IMG/VR virus record: IMGVR_UViG_3300012983_000030
Length of the DNA stretch: 64,000 nt
Direction: 5' to 3' (one strand)
Source of the DNA: a virus
Taxonomy: Duplodnaviria; Heunggongvirae; Uroviricota; Caudoviricetes
Both the position numbers and the translations under genes were made by a program. Below, in pieces: positions 48,976-58,706 of the stretch (its first letter is position 1; the number at the start of each line of letters is the position of its first letter). A model generated the notes under the pieces. It had not been told where the DNA came from. It made no database searches and was given only the letters and a program-made list of their open reading frames with translations.

Positions 48976-50824
48976 TATTTCTAAAATTGAAATCGAAAAT
49001 TTCAGAAGTATTCAAACTAAAGTAGTCCTGGAAATTAAACCAGGGCTTTTTAGTATTGAAGGCATAAATATGGACGAACCTTCTTCAACAAATGGAGCAG
49101 GAAAAAGTACATTAATTTCAGCACTTTATTGGTGTTTAACTGGAAATACTTTAACTAATGAAGTATTAGCCGATGAAGTTATAAACGCCAAAGTTGGAAA
49201 AAATTGTAAAGTAGTAGTACATATTGATTCAGATCAAGGTATAATAAAAGTAACTCGTACGAGAAAAGATTCAGAGTTAGGAAATAATCTTTTATTAGAG
49301 ATAGATGGTCAAGACTTATCTTGTCATAAAATAGCAGATACTCAATCTAGAATAAATCAATTATTAAAAATTCCATTTGAGCTATTACATAGCACAATTA
49401 TGATGACATATGATATTCGTTCTGCTTTTTCAGAATTGAGTCCTCAACAACGTGTGCAAGTTTTAGAAAGTATACGTGATTATTCTATATGGGATAAAGT
49501 AAGAGAAGAAGCAAATAAAGATATTAAATTATATAATAAAGAAATACAAGAGAATAAATTAAAAGTAAGTAATTTAACTGGAAGCTTATCTACATATAAA
49601 AATATGCTTGAAAAAGAAAAATCTATTTCTGTTTCTTTAGTTAGTAACTTTGATTTGAATAAGTTAAATACAACTAATAATCAGCTTTTAACAGATAAAA
49701 ATACTTTAAATAAAGAAATAGAAAAATTACAAGAAGAGATTAAAATTTTAGAAAACAAACAATTTCCTGATACTTCTTCTTTACAAAAAGAATTAGCTGA
49801 AATTATTGATTCTGCTAACTCGTTAAAATTAGCTAATCAAAAGATTAATTTTGAAATAGATAATGCGAATAAAGAAATTCTGGTGATTGAAAAATGGTTT
49901 AGAGATGATAAATGTCCAACTTGTGGTAAGCCATTAGATAGAGACTCTACATCTATTCAATCAAAAAATACAGAAAAAGAAAAATTAAATTCTTTGATAA
50001 TCACTAAACAAAAAGAAATAGAGACCAATGAAATAATAATCAAAAATAAACGTCAAGAATGGTCTAATAAAAATTCAACTTTTCAAAATTTAGATAAAGA
50101 TAAAGTTGAAAATTTAAATGCTATAAAAGCAGTAAATCAAAGCATTGTTAATAAAAAAGCAGAGCTATCTAAAATTGAAAAAAATATTTTTGAAATAGAA
50201 ACTTCTTTAAAAAATCATGAAAATGAATTGATTAAAAATAATAAAACTATTACAGAATATCTTGATAAAATATCAACTTTAGAAAAAGAAATAGAAGAAG
50301 CTGATAAAATCATAAAAGATTTTGAATTCAAAAGACAATTATCTGATTATTTTTATAAGTTATTAGGTAGTAAAGGAGAATTACGTCCTTATCTATTAAA
50401 TAAAGACATTGAATGTTTAAATTTATTTATGCAGCGTTATATAAGTAAGTTTTTTGATAATACAGAAGTTACATTAAAATTAAATGGTGCATCTATAGAA
50501 ATTTTAATAGATAGTAAAGGTATTAAAAAATCAGTATCTAGCTTATCGGGTGGTGAAAAGAAACGTTTGAATTTAGCTATTCAATTTGCATTATATGACT
50601 TATTAAAAATGACTGCTCAAATATCATTTAATATTTTATGGTTAGATGAAATAGAAGCACAGCTTGATACATTAGGAATTCAACAATTAATCAATATTAT
50701 TGATGATAAATCAGAAGAAATTGAATCAGTAATGTGGATTACTAATAGTAATGATGTAAAAGAGCATATTCCTAATAAAATTATTTGTAAAAAAATAATG
50801 GGTAAAACAGAGGTAGAACAATAA
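48962..50824 (+). CDS. Rad50/SbcC-like recombination ATPase (T4 gp46-like)
   Basis: Walker A NGAGKST, Zn hook CPTC, signature LSGGEKKR, Walker B LWLDE. Confidence 0.95.
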   Translation: MSKFNISKIEIENFRSIQTKVVLEIKPGLFSIEGINMDEPSSTNGAGKSTLISALYWCLTGNTLTNEVLADEVINAKVGKNCKVVVHIDSDQGIIKVTRTRKDSELGNNLLLEIDGQDLSCHKIADTQSRINQLLKIPFELLHSTIMMTYDIRSAFSELSPQQRVQVLESIRDYSIWDKVREEANKDIKLYNKEIQENKLKVSNLTGSLSTYKNMLEKEKSISVSLVSNFDLNKLNTTNNQLLTDKNTLNKEIEKLQEEIKILENKQFPDTSSLQKELAEIIDSANSLKLANQKINFEIDNANKEILVIEKWFRDDKCPTCGKPLDRDSTSIQSKNTEKEKLNSLIITKQKEIETNEIIIKNKRQEWSNKNSTFQNLDKDKVENLNAIKAVNQSIVNKKAELSKIEKNIFEIETSLKNHENELIKNNKTITEYLDKISTLEKEIEEADKIIKDFEFKRQLSDYFYKLLGSKGELRPYLLNKDIECLNLFMQRYISKFFDNTEVTLKLNGASIEILIDSKGIKKSVSSLSGGEKKRLNLAIQFALYDLLKMTAQISFNILWLDEIEAQLDTLGIQQLINIIDDKSEEIESVMWITNSNDVKEHIPNKIICKKIMGKTEVEQ

Positions 50825-51858
50825 TGAAAATTTTAGCTTTTGGTGATATACATTTTCATCATACACATCGTTTTTCATATATTACACCACAAGGTTTTAC
50901 TGTTCGTGAATTAGAGCATTTACAATGTGCTGATGTAATCATAGATTTATATAAAAAAGAAAATATTGATAAAGTGGTATTTTTAGGGGATTGTTGGGGT
51001 CCAGTTGGTGATATGATGTCATGTCAAACCTTAATGGCTGTAACAGAATTTATTAAAAAAATATCAGAAGTATGTGAATTTGATATTATAGTTGGCAATC
51101 ATGACTTATCAAGTCATTTAAATAATCATTATTCACATAAACTAATGCCTTTTAAGTATTGGAGTAATGTAAATGTTTATGATCAGCCTACTCTTATTGA
51201 TAATTTTGTATATATGCCTTATTGTATACACGATGAATATGCTGAATCATTTTTGAACAGTATTGAAGATAAGAGTAATAAAATTATTTTTTCACATCTT
51301 GAACTTTCTGGTATAAATTTAGGTAATGGCATTTTTACACAAAAAGGTGTAGATTTAGAAGTATTACGTAACTTCAAAATGACATTACAAGGACATTATC
51401 ATAGTGGTGGAAATTATGGTAAAAATATTCAAATAGCTGGTTCAACACAGCGATTGTCATATAAAGATCAAGGTATTTCTAGACGTAATATTCTCATTTA
51501 TGATACAGATACAAATAAAGTAGAAAGAAGGTCTTTTAATTGTCCAGATTGGTTAATTTTTAACGATGATAATATTGAAGATATCTTAAATCTTTCTTCT
51601 GATAATTATGTAAAAGTAGAAGTAAGCACAGATATTTTATTAACAGAAGAAATCAAAAATAAATTAAATACTTTTAAAGGAAAAGATGTTTCTATTGATG
51701 TTACACGTATTTCAGTAAATCGTCAAGCACAAGAAGAAATTGTTGTTGAGGATGAAGCAGGTATATTGGCTCAATTTATTGACAAATCAGATAATAGTGA
51801 AGATCAAAAAGAAGCATTACGTCAAGAAGGAATTAAATTAGTAGAAAGAGTTAAGTAG
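50824..51858 (+). CDS. Mre11/SbcD-like nuclease (T4 gp47-like)
   Basis: GDIH, LGD, GNHD, SH and GHYH motifs; coupled to the gp46-like gene. Confidence 0.93.
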   Translation: MKILAFGDIHFHHTHRFSYITPQGFTVRELEHLQCADVIIDLYKKENIDKVVFLGDCWGPVGDMMSCQTLMAVTEFIKKISEVCEFDIIVGNHDLSSHLNNHYSHKLMPFKYWSNVNVYDQPTLIDNFVYMPYCIHDEYAESFLNSIEDKSNKIIFSHLELSGINLGNGIFTQKGVDLEVLRNFKMTLQGHYHSGGNYGKNIQIAGSTQRLSYKDQGISRRNILIYDTDTNKVERRSFNCPDWLIFNDDNIEDILNLSSDNYVKVEVSTDILLTEEIKNKLNTFKGKDVSIDVTRISVNRQAQEEIVVEDEAGILAQFIDKSDNSEDQKEALRQEGIKLVERVK

Positions 51859-51984
51859 TATGTTCTATTTAGTGTTTGGAAAATTAATTTTTTAGAAAAT
51901 TATACTTTCAGACTTCTATTTTATATGAGAGATATGAAACTCTTTAAAACATATTGTAATTTTTTTTAGAATAGGAATAATATT

Positions 51985-52803
51985 ATGCCAAAACAAATTA
52001 ACGTAGAATGGATGAATGAAGTGTTAAACGATAGAAGTGAAAAAAATGAGTTTTCAGGAGATTTGCCAAGAATTGATTGGGTTCAAAATGGCAAAGGCTT
52101 CAAAAAAGAATTAAAATTTAAGTTGTTACAACCAAATAGTAAAGAAAATAATATCTTTAGTTATTTAGTTGGTACACACTGGTTAAATGATGTTAACGGT
52201 ACAGGTCAAAATAAACGTTTTGTATGTACTGAACAAACTCAGCACTTGAAGAAATTAGGAATGGAATGCCCAATTTGTGCAGCAAAACGTGCATTGTTGG
52301 CAAAAGGATTTACTGAAGAACAATTATCTGTTCAAGGTAAATATGGTTTAATTCCATTATTTGATCCTAAACTTACTTCAAATACAAAAATTGTTGTATT
52401 AGATTCTGATGTTAAACATGATTGGGACAAAGCTCACGTGTCTATTTTACAACAAAATGGTTCATTTTTAACAAAATGGTTAGTTGAGCGTTACGTTGAT
52501 GCTGATACTCCTGATTTGTTACAAATGGAAAAAAGTAATATTATTAAATTTAGCCGTCCTACTGAAAATGGTAGATGGGATAGAGAGATTGGTTTTGCTA
52601 CATTTGAACCTACTCCAGAAGTTTTAGCTAAACTCAGAGAAGAAAATGAAGCAATCACAATGCCAGATTTGTGGAAAATGCCGTCTGATACTGAAATTCT
52701 TGAAATGAAACAGATTATGGCTGATACTATTAAGTCATACACAGAAGCCAGAGAAACAGTCAATGCAACTTCAATAGCAGACGATGATGATATTCCATTT
52801 TAA
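51985..52803 (+). CDS. single-stranded DNA-binding protein (gp32-like)
   Basis: HW...C...CPIC Zn motif; acidic tail DDDDIPF. Confidence 0.8.
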   Translation: MPKQINVEWMNEVLNDRSEKNEFSGDLPRIDWVQNGKGFKKELKFKLLQPNSKENNIFSYLVGTHWLNDVNGTGQNKRFVCTEQTQHLKKLGMECPICAAKRALLAKGFTEEQLSVQGKYGLIPLFDPKLTSNTKIVVLDSDVKHDWDKAHVSILQQNGSFLTKWLVERYVDADTPDLLQMEKSNIIKFSRPTENGRWDREIGFATFEPTPEVLAKLREENEAITMPDLWKMPSDTEILEMKQIMADTIKSYTEARETVNATSIADDDDIPF

Positions 52804-52821
52804 GTTGAATATCATCTAAAT

Positions 52822-52852
52822 AAAAGGGGGAGGGGATAGTACTTCCCCCTTA
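52822..52852 (+). terminator. GC-rich hairpin after ssb
   Basis: aagggggag...cttcccccttt-like imperfect stem; weak U-tail. Confidence 0.45.
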
Positions 52853-52862
52853 GGCATATAAA

Positions 52863-53300
52863 ATGAAGAAAACACCACTGAAACCAAAGAAAATATATAC
52901 TTTAAAGAAAACTCCTTTGAAAAGTAATAGCAAAGGACTAGCTAAAACCACAGCTTTAAAGAAAACATGTTCTCTAAAGAAAACAAATTGTGAATTAAAA
53001 CAAACTGAATTAAAAAAACAAAATGAAAAAGCAAAAGAAAGATGGGAAGAAGTTAGAGAGCTTGTATTAAAAAGAGATAATCATAAATGTGTAATTTGTG
53101 GTAAAAAAGCAACTCAAGTACATCATATACAATTAAGAAGTAAAAGAAAAGATTTAATATATAATGTAAATAACTTAGTTTCTTTGTGTGATGCTCATCA
53201 TTTTCATCAAGGTTCGGAAAAATATTTGGAACAAACACAACTGATTGCAAATTCTAAAGGTATGAGCCTTGAAGAGTTATTGGAGTTTAGCGAATCATGA
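52863..53300 (+). CDS. HNH endonuclease with basic N-terminal repeats
   Basis: RD...CVICG....VHHI...NLVSLC..HH; KKTPLK repeats. Confidence 0.88.
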   Translation: MKKTPLKPKKIYTLKKTPLKSNSKGLAKTTALKKTCSLKKTNCELKQTELKKQNEKAKERWEEVRELVLKRDNHKCVICGKKATQVHHIQLRSKRKDLIYNVNNLVSLCDAHHFHQGSEKYLEQTQLIANSKGMSLEELLEFSES

Positions 53301-53749
53301 TAGAAGAATTTGAAATAGAAAAAGTAGAAAGTTTAAATTATGATGAATTAGCAAATCAATTACAATATATATTTAAAACAGAACAAGATATTGTAAATTT
53401 TGTTAATTTCTTAAAAGATGTTAAAAATTTTGTAAATCTTTCAAACAATAAAAGGCATTCTTGTTTAATTGATTTAGCCTATTTTAGGTCACAGATTCAA
53501 TTATTTGAAAAAAAGATTCAGACTTTAATTAATAAGAAAAAATTAGAGCAAACTCGTATGGCTATTAAAAAAGCAAAAGGAATTGGAGAGAAAATAACTG
53601 AAAATATCATTGACTATTACACAGAAGATAATAATGTTTTAGATAATTTAATAAATATTCATTCTTTAGTTTCAGCATGGAGTGCATATATGAATGATTT
53701 ATATTTCATGTGTGGACAAACTAGTAAAAATTTAGGAGGTCTCTCATAA
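53297..53749 (+). CDS. hypothetical helical protein (possible UvsY-like mediator)
   Basis: Size, helical character and recombination-module context only. Confidence 0.4.
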   Translation: MIEEFEIEKVESLNYDELANQLQYIFKTEQDIVNFVNFLKDVKNFVNLSNNKRHSCLIDLAYFRSQIQLFEKKIQTLINKKKLEQTRMAIKKAKGIGEKITENIIDYYTEDNNVLDNLINIHSLVSAWSAYMNDLYFMCGQTSKNLGGLS

Positions 53750-53857
53750 TATACTATTTGGAACAATAACCATAAAAAATGAAGTTTATTGCTTTTGTAT
53801 TTTTAAAAGTATAATTAAAATATGAGACATAACAGATTTTAAACAAAGGAGTGAGTA

Positions 53858-54889
53858 ATGGCTAAAATAAAAAAAGCTAAAATATCAAAAAGAACTAATC
53901 GTAAACAAAATTTAAAGAAGTTTTTTGATTCTGGTTGTACAGATATTCAAGCTTTTTTTAATGCTTGTAAAAATGATGAAAATCTTTTAATTTATACTTG
54001 TTTAACCAATGAAGAATTACAAGAACATATTGATAAATTAAAAGAAATTGAAGATAACAATGCAAAAATTGAGTATCTTACTAATAATCAACCAATAATG
54101 AATGAAACTCCAGAAAGATTTAATAGAGTTACTGAGTCAATCGCTAAGTATTTAAAAGGTTATATTGAGTACAATGGTTTTAGAATGTCCAATAGTGATG
54201 GAGACAATGAGGATTGGACTTCTGAGTTTTGGGCAAAATATTGTAAAATATGTGATTTTTATCGTACTCGTTGGTTTTATCCTGATAGATTAAAGAAAGA
54301 ATCAACTGTTACTTTTAATCCAATGCTCTATAAAGAATTTATTTATATTTGTCGTATGAGCATTACTGGTGAACGTAAACACCAAGCTTTTTTAGCAACA
54401 CAAAATGAAAATTCTTCTATCTTTAAATTCTCTTTAGATAATAAAATAGAAGGTGGTACAGATAATGATAAAACTTTAGCTGATGTTATACCAGATGAAG
54501 ATAGAGGTTCAGATGCTTTATTGGAATCTGCTAATATGAATAGGATTTTTGAAAAAGCATTAGCTTTATGCAAACAATATCCAGATGCTAAAGAAAATTA
54601 TAATCAAATTCGTAGTTTTTATGAAAAACAAGATACTGCTGATTTTGATAAAAAGACTGTTATTTTAGGCAAAATCTTTTTATATAAAGCGGGTTTAGTA
54701 TCACCAAAAATTTTAGCTTTTATAAAATCACTTTCATCTACTTATAAAGCACGTTATAATATAAGTGCGGCTAGAATTACTGCTCAAATGAAAGAAATGA
54801 AAAATCACAAAGTATACAAGTATGTTAAAAAGAAATCAAATAATGTTGGTTGGCGTGAATTAATTTTGCGTAAAAGAGGTGAATTATAA
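53858..54889 (+). CDS. putative phage sigma-factor-like protein
   Basis: SLDNKIEGGTDNDKTLADVIPD matches the sigma region-3.2 pattern SLD...TL.D.I.D; upstream helical segment is compatible with region 2. Confidence 0.5.
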   Translation: MAKIKKAKISKRTNRKQNLKKFFDSGCTDIQAFFNACKNDENLLIYTCLTNEELQEHIDKLKEIEDNNAKIEYLTNNQPIMNETPERFNRVTESIAKYLKGYIEYNGFRMSNSDGDNEDWTSEFWAKYCKICDFYRTRWFYPDRLKKESTVTFNPMLYKEFIYICRMSITGERKHQAFLATQNENSSIFKFSLDNKIEGGTDNDKTLADVIPDEDRGSDALLESANMNRIFEKALALCKQYPDAKENYNQIRSFYEKQDTADFDKKTVILGKIFLYKAGLVSPKILAFIKSLSSTYKARYNISAARITAQMKEMKNHKVYKYVKKKSNNVGWRELILRKRGEL

Positions 54890-55479
54890 TGACTAAAGAA
54901 GTGGCTGCTATTTTTGCTATTGGTCCTAATGATATAATAGGGATAAAAGATAAAATGCCTTGGCATTCTAAACAAGATTTTTATCATTTTAAAAAAATTA
55001 CTAAAGGATATCCTTGTTTGTTTGGTGCAACTACTTTTCATGGTTTACCTAAATATCCATTAGCAGATAGATTAAATGTTGTATTAGATAATACAAAACC
55101 TGATACTATTTCTGCTAATTTTGGATATAGTGATATAAATACTTCTTGTAGAGGTGGTTATGTTACTATAAATGATTTTGATTGTGCATTAGATTTTTGT
55201 GCAAATTTTGAAAAAATATTTATATGTGGAGGAGCCTCTATTTATAAATATGTTTTAGAAAATAACAAAGTTAATACTTTATATATTACTCGTATTATTT
55301 CACCTGAATTACAAAGAGAATTTAATAATAATGAAAAAGAGTATGTAAAGTTTCCAGTAGATTTACATGCTTATTTATCAAAAGATTGGGTAAGAGTTCC
55401 ATTTGAATATAAAACAAATGAATTACCAGAAGAAAATGATAATATTACGGTACAATTTCAAAAATGGATTAAAATATAA
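54889..55479 (+). CDS. folA: dihydrofolate reductase
   Basis: IG....MPWH...D..HFK..T, G.TTF, PL..R.NVVL, ICGG.SIY, LYIT.I. Confidence 0.95.
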   Translation: MTKEVAAIFAIGPNDIIGIKDKMPWHSKQDFYHFKKITKGYPCLFGATTFHGLPKYPLADRLNVVLDNTKPDTISANFGYSDINTSCRGGYVTINDFDCALDFCANFEKIFICGGASIYKYVLENNKVNTLYITRIISPELQREFNNNEKEYVKFPVDLHAYLSKDWVRVPFEYKTNELPEENDNITVQFQKWIKI

Positions 55480-55499
55480 TTGTATTTGTTCTAAATATT

Positions 55500-55567
55500 G
55501 TCGAAGTATTCGTACTACGATAAGACGACTAAGGTTTTTCCCTCCTTTTACCTAGTCGTCTTTTTTA
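55500..55567 (+). ncRNA. candidate two-hairpin small RNA with anti-SD loop (may double as terminator)
   Basis: GTTCTA motif at 55488; UUCG hairpin 55501-55520; 13-bp bulged stem with loop TTTTCCCTCCTTTT; T-run. Confidence 0.5.
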
Positions 55568-55654
55568 TTATCCAAATACAATTAAAAATCATCAATTTGT
55601 GTAGTTCAGTTCTAATATAATAGTTAATAAATCTTAGAAACGAATGGGTATACA

Positions 55655-56092
55655 ATGGCAAATAAATTAAAACCTAATCAGGTATATAAGTGTATTGCAG
55701 GTTCAATCGCATCTGCTTCTTTTCATGTAATTGGTGGTACAGTAACTGTTAAAGGTTCAAACGTAACTATTGCAAAATTATATAAAGCTAGTGTTATGAC
55801 AGAAGAAAATCTACCAAAAGATGCTGCTGAAGGTGATACTTATACAATCATAAAAGATAAAAAACATGTTACTTGGTATAAAGGCCAATGGACTGAAATT
55901 GATGTAAACAAACTAAATGGATTAATTGTTCCAGAGTTATCAGAATTAGTTGAAACAGGAGATACTTTAGGAGAAGGTATTCATTTAATTGCTGGTTTAC
56001 CAGAATGGATTGCCTTTGAAGGTGATGCAACAGAAATTTGGGCTAAAGCTGGAGTAGATGTACGCTTTGTAAATAGCTTAGATGGAGAATAA
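55655..56092 (+). CDS. hypothetical virion protein
   Basis: First gene after the GTTCTA motif at 55609. Confidence 0.65.
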   Translation: MANKLKPNQVYKCIAGSIASASFHVIGGTVTVKGSNVTIAKLYKASVMTEENLPKDAAEGDTYTIIKDKKHVTWYKGQWTEIDVNKLNGLIVPELSELVETGDTLGEGIHLIAGLPEWIAFEGDATEIWAKAGVDVRFVNSLDGE

Positions 56093-56094
56093 TT

Positions 56095-58596
56095 ATGTCA
56101 TTAGTACTGCAAGACCAATTATTTATTTCACCAAAAACAAAAGAGCAAGTTTTTGAAAATGCTTCTAACATCGATCAGTTGGAAGTTGCTCTTGAAAACG
56201 AAAAACAAGAAAGAATTAAAGCAGATGATGATATAAAAGCTAATATTGAAACAATAGAAGCTTCATCTGATGTTGCAGATTTAGTTGGAACTTATTCTGA
56301 TTTACAATCATATGATACATCTGGTTTAACAGATCAAGCAATTATTTGTGTATTAGCCGATGAAACTAAAGAAGATGCGACAACATATTATCGTTGGAAT
56401 GCTAATACTAAATCTTTTAAATTTATTGGTGAAAAAGGTCCATATTATACCATTCGTCAAATGGACAATAAATTACAACAAATAAATAGTAATATTGCAG
56501 ATTTAGATTCAGATTTAATTACTAAAACAAATGAATTAAATGAATATATTTCTACAGAAAGTACTACTATTAATACGCGTATTGATAATGAAGTAGCAAA
56601 TCTTACAAACATTATTGATACAAATGTACAAGAATTAGATGCTAAAAAAGCAGATTTATCATATGTAGATGAACAATTAAATACTAAGCAGTCTACTGGT
56701 GACTATGCAGAATTTAGTCAATGGGGTACACCTGGTAGAAAAGCATTAGCTATAAATAATAATGATGTTTTTGCAGGCAAAACTACTAAAGGTAATGCTG
56801 TTAGATTGGCAGGAATGTCTAAATATGATGTTGCTGAATTTGGTTCAACAACAAATCATACTAACCTTAGTACAAGTACAATAGTTTATGATAAAGCTAT
56901 TGTTACAATTAATGACACCGCAGCAATAGTTACAGATAAAGTTTTAGATACTGTACTTACTGATAACGGTAATGTTAAAAAAACTATTACGACTGTAGAT
57001 ATAGATGGTAAACCATTTAATCTTTATGATTTAAATGTAGATTTATCAGCATTAGCTACAAAAACTGAATTAAAAAATAAAACGGATTATGTTATAAATT
57101 CTACAGATGGTAAATCATTAATCTTTAATGAAAAGTCTGGTGGTGGTGCGCAATTTGTTAACACTATTAAAAATACAATTTCATTTGTTGGTGTTAATAA
57201 TGGTAATGATGGAGTATTTGTTCAAATTTATTCTAAAGACCAAGCTTCTAATACCGGTGCAAGATTAAATGTTTCACCTTCTGGTATTTATTATACTAAT
57301 GGTAAAACAGATGCTAAATATGTAGCTACTGATGAAATTGTTAATAAATCTATGTTAGCAGAAGCTATCGCTAATATTGATTATTCAGAGTTTGCTACAA
57401 AAGAAGAATTAACTGCAGGATTAGCTACAAAGGTAGATGAAATAGATGTTTCTACTTTTATAACTGAAGATGAATTAAATGCAGGTTTAGATACCAAACA
57501 AGATAAATTAACTTTTGATACAGTACCTACCGCAGGTTCAACAAATCCAGTTACATCTCAGGGTATCAAAACATTGACAGATGCTAAACAAGATATTATT
57601 TCTGGTAACCCTGGCGAAATTTTATATCATAATGGTACAAGTGTATTTTCACAAACATTATTAAATGAAGGAATGGTAGTTACAACGGCTGAAGATTTAG
57701 CTATTTGTAAAAATACAATGCCTTCATTTGCAGAAGTATTTAATAACTGGACAAAGTTTTCTCATTTAAATGGTGTAGATAATGCTGTATCTGCTGATTT
57801 AACAGCTTGGCAGTATGACTCTGTTAAAGATACTATTACACAACCTAGAAATAGTGACTCTTATTGTGGATTTGTAAGTCCAAAATCTTATACAACATAT
57901 GATGTTAGTGTTCGTTTATACTCAAAAGATAGCGATGATGATCAAATTGGTATGGTTGCTGCTTTTGCCACAGATGCTACTGGTAAACAACATACTTTAT
58001 CATTTATACGTTCACCATGGAATAATTCTGGTAAATATAAATGGATTTGTAAAGTAGATCATTGTACATATGAGATGGGAGCAACTACTTACAATCAGAT
58101 TTTATTAGCAGATAAAACATCAACCGTGACAATTCCTACCAGTAGTGCTGCATGGGGATCAAGTACAATAGGTATAGGTACAGTTATTCACATGACAAGA
58201 AACGGTAATATTATTACTGCAGCTTGTTCACAATTTAATAGCACTACAATAGATGAAAATACAAGAATTACTATTGATTTAGATCAATTGAGTGATACAT
58301 ATCCTGTATTAAATAATTTTAAAGGTGCTGCTTCTTGGGGATATAGTACTTTTTCTCAACCTTATTCAACTTATGAAAATTTAGGTGTAACAAACCCAGA
58401 CGCTTATATCTTTGATATTACTTCTAATACTGTTTTACAATATGATGGTAAGACAAGTAGTTGGCAAATAATACCAGATATAACACCACTTGAAGCATTA
58501 GGTGCAGGTAGATTGTCTTATAATAAAATAACAGGTAAATTATTTTATTGTTCAGGAAAGAATGTATTTCAGATTGCAACTAATACAAATATATAG
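56095..58596 (+). CDS. tail fibre/receptor-binding-like protein
   Basis: Coiled-coil and KQDKLT shaft motifs; beta-rich lectin-like C-terminal domain (DDDQIG). Confidence 0.65.
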   Translation: MSLVLQDQLFISPKTKEQVFENASNIDQLEVALENEKQERIKADDDIKANIETIEASSDVADLVGTYSDLQSYDTSGLTDQAIICVLADETKEDATTYYRWNANTKSFKFIGEKGPYYTIRQMDNKLQQINSNIADLDSDLITKTNELNEYISTESTTINTRIDNEVANLTNIIDTNVQELDAKKADLSYVDEQLNTKQSTGDYAEFSQWGTPGRKALAINNNDVFAGKTTKGNAVRLAGMSKYDVAEFGSTTNHTNLSTSTIVYDKAIVTINDTAAIVTDKVLDTVLTDNGNVKKTITTVDIDGKPFNLYDLNVDLSALATKTELKNKTDYVINSTDGKSLIFNEKSGGGAQFVNTIKNTISFVGVNNGNDGVFVQIYSKDQASNTGARLNVSPSGIYYTNGKTDAKYVATDEIVNKSMLAEAIANIDYSEFATKEELTAGLATKVDEIDVSTFITEDELNAGLDTKQDKLTFDTVPTAGSTNPVTSQGIKTLTDAKQDIISGNPGEILYHNGTSVFSQTLLNEGMVVTTAEDLAICKNTMPSFAEVFNNWTKFSHLNGVDNAVSADLTAWQYDSVKDTITQPRNSDSYCGFVSPKSYTTYDVSVRLYSKDSDDDQIGMVAAFATDATGKQHTLSFIRSPWNNSGKYKWICKVDHCTYEMGATTYNQILLADKTSTVTIPTSSAAWGSSTIGIGTVIHMTRNGNIITAACSQFNSTTIDENTRITIDLDQLSDTYPVLNNFKGAASWGYSTFSQPYSTYENLGVTNPDAYIFDITSNTVLQYDGKTSSWQIIPDITPLEALGAGRLSYNKITGKLFYCSGKNVFQIATNTNI

Positions 58597-58706
58597 TAGT
58601 TTAGTTAATTTGTGGATAAATAACTCCATAAGTTCTAAATAAATAAGAAAGATAAGTAAATAATATATTGGTTACACAAACCTGTTTTTATATGAGTTTA
58701 TAATAA

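Noticed and set aside
53789-53815. Full sigma70 promoter TTGCTT...TATAAT upstream of the sigma-like gene
   Set aside because: The spacer is only 15 nt, so only the -10 element is credible.
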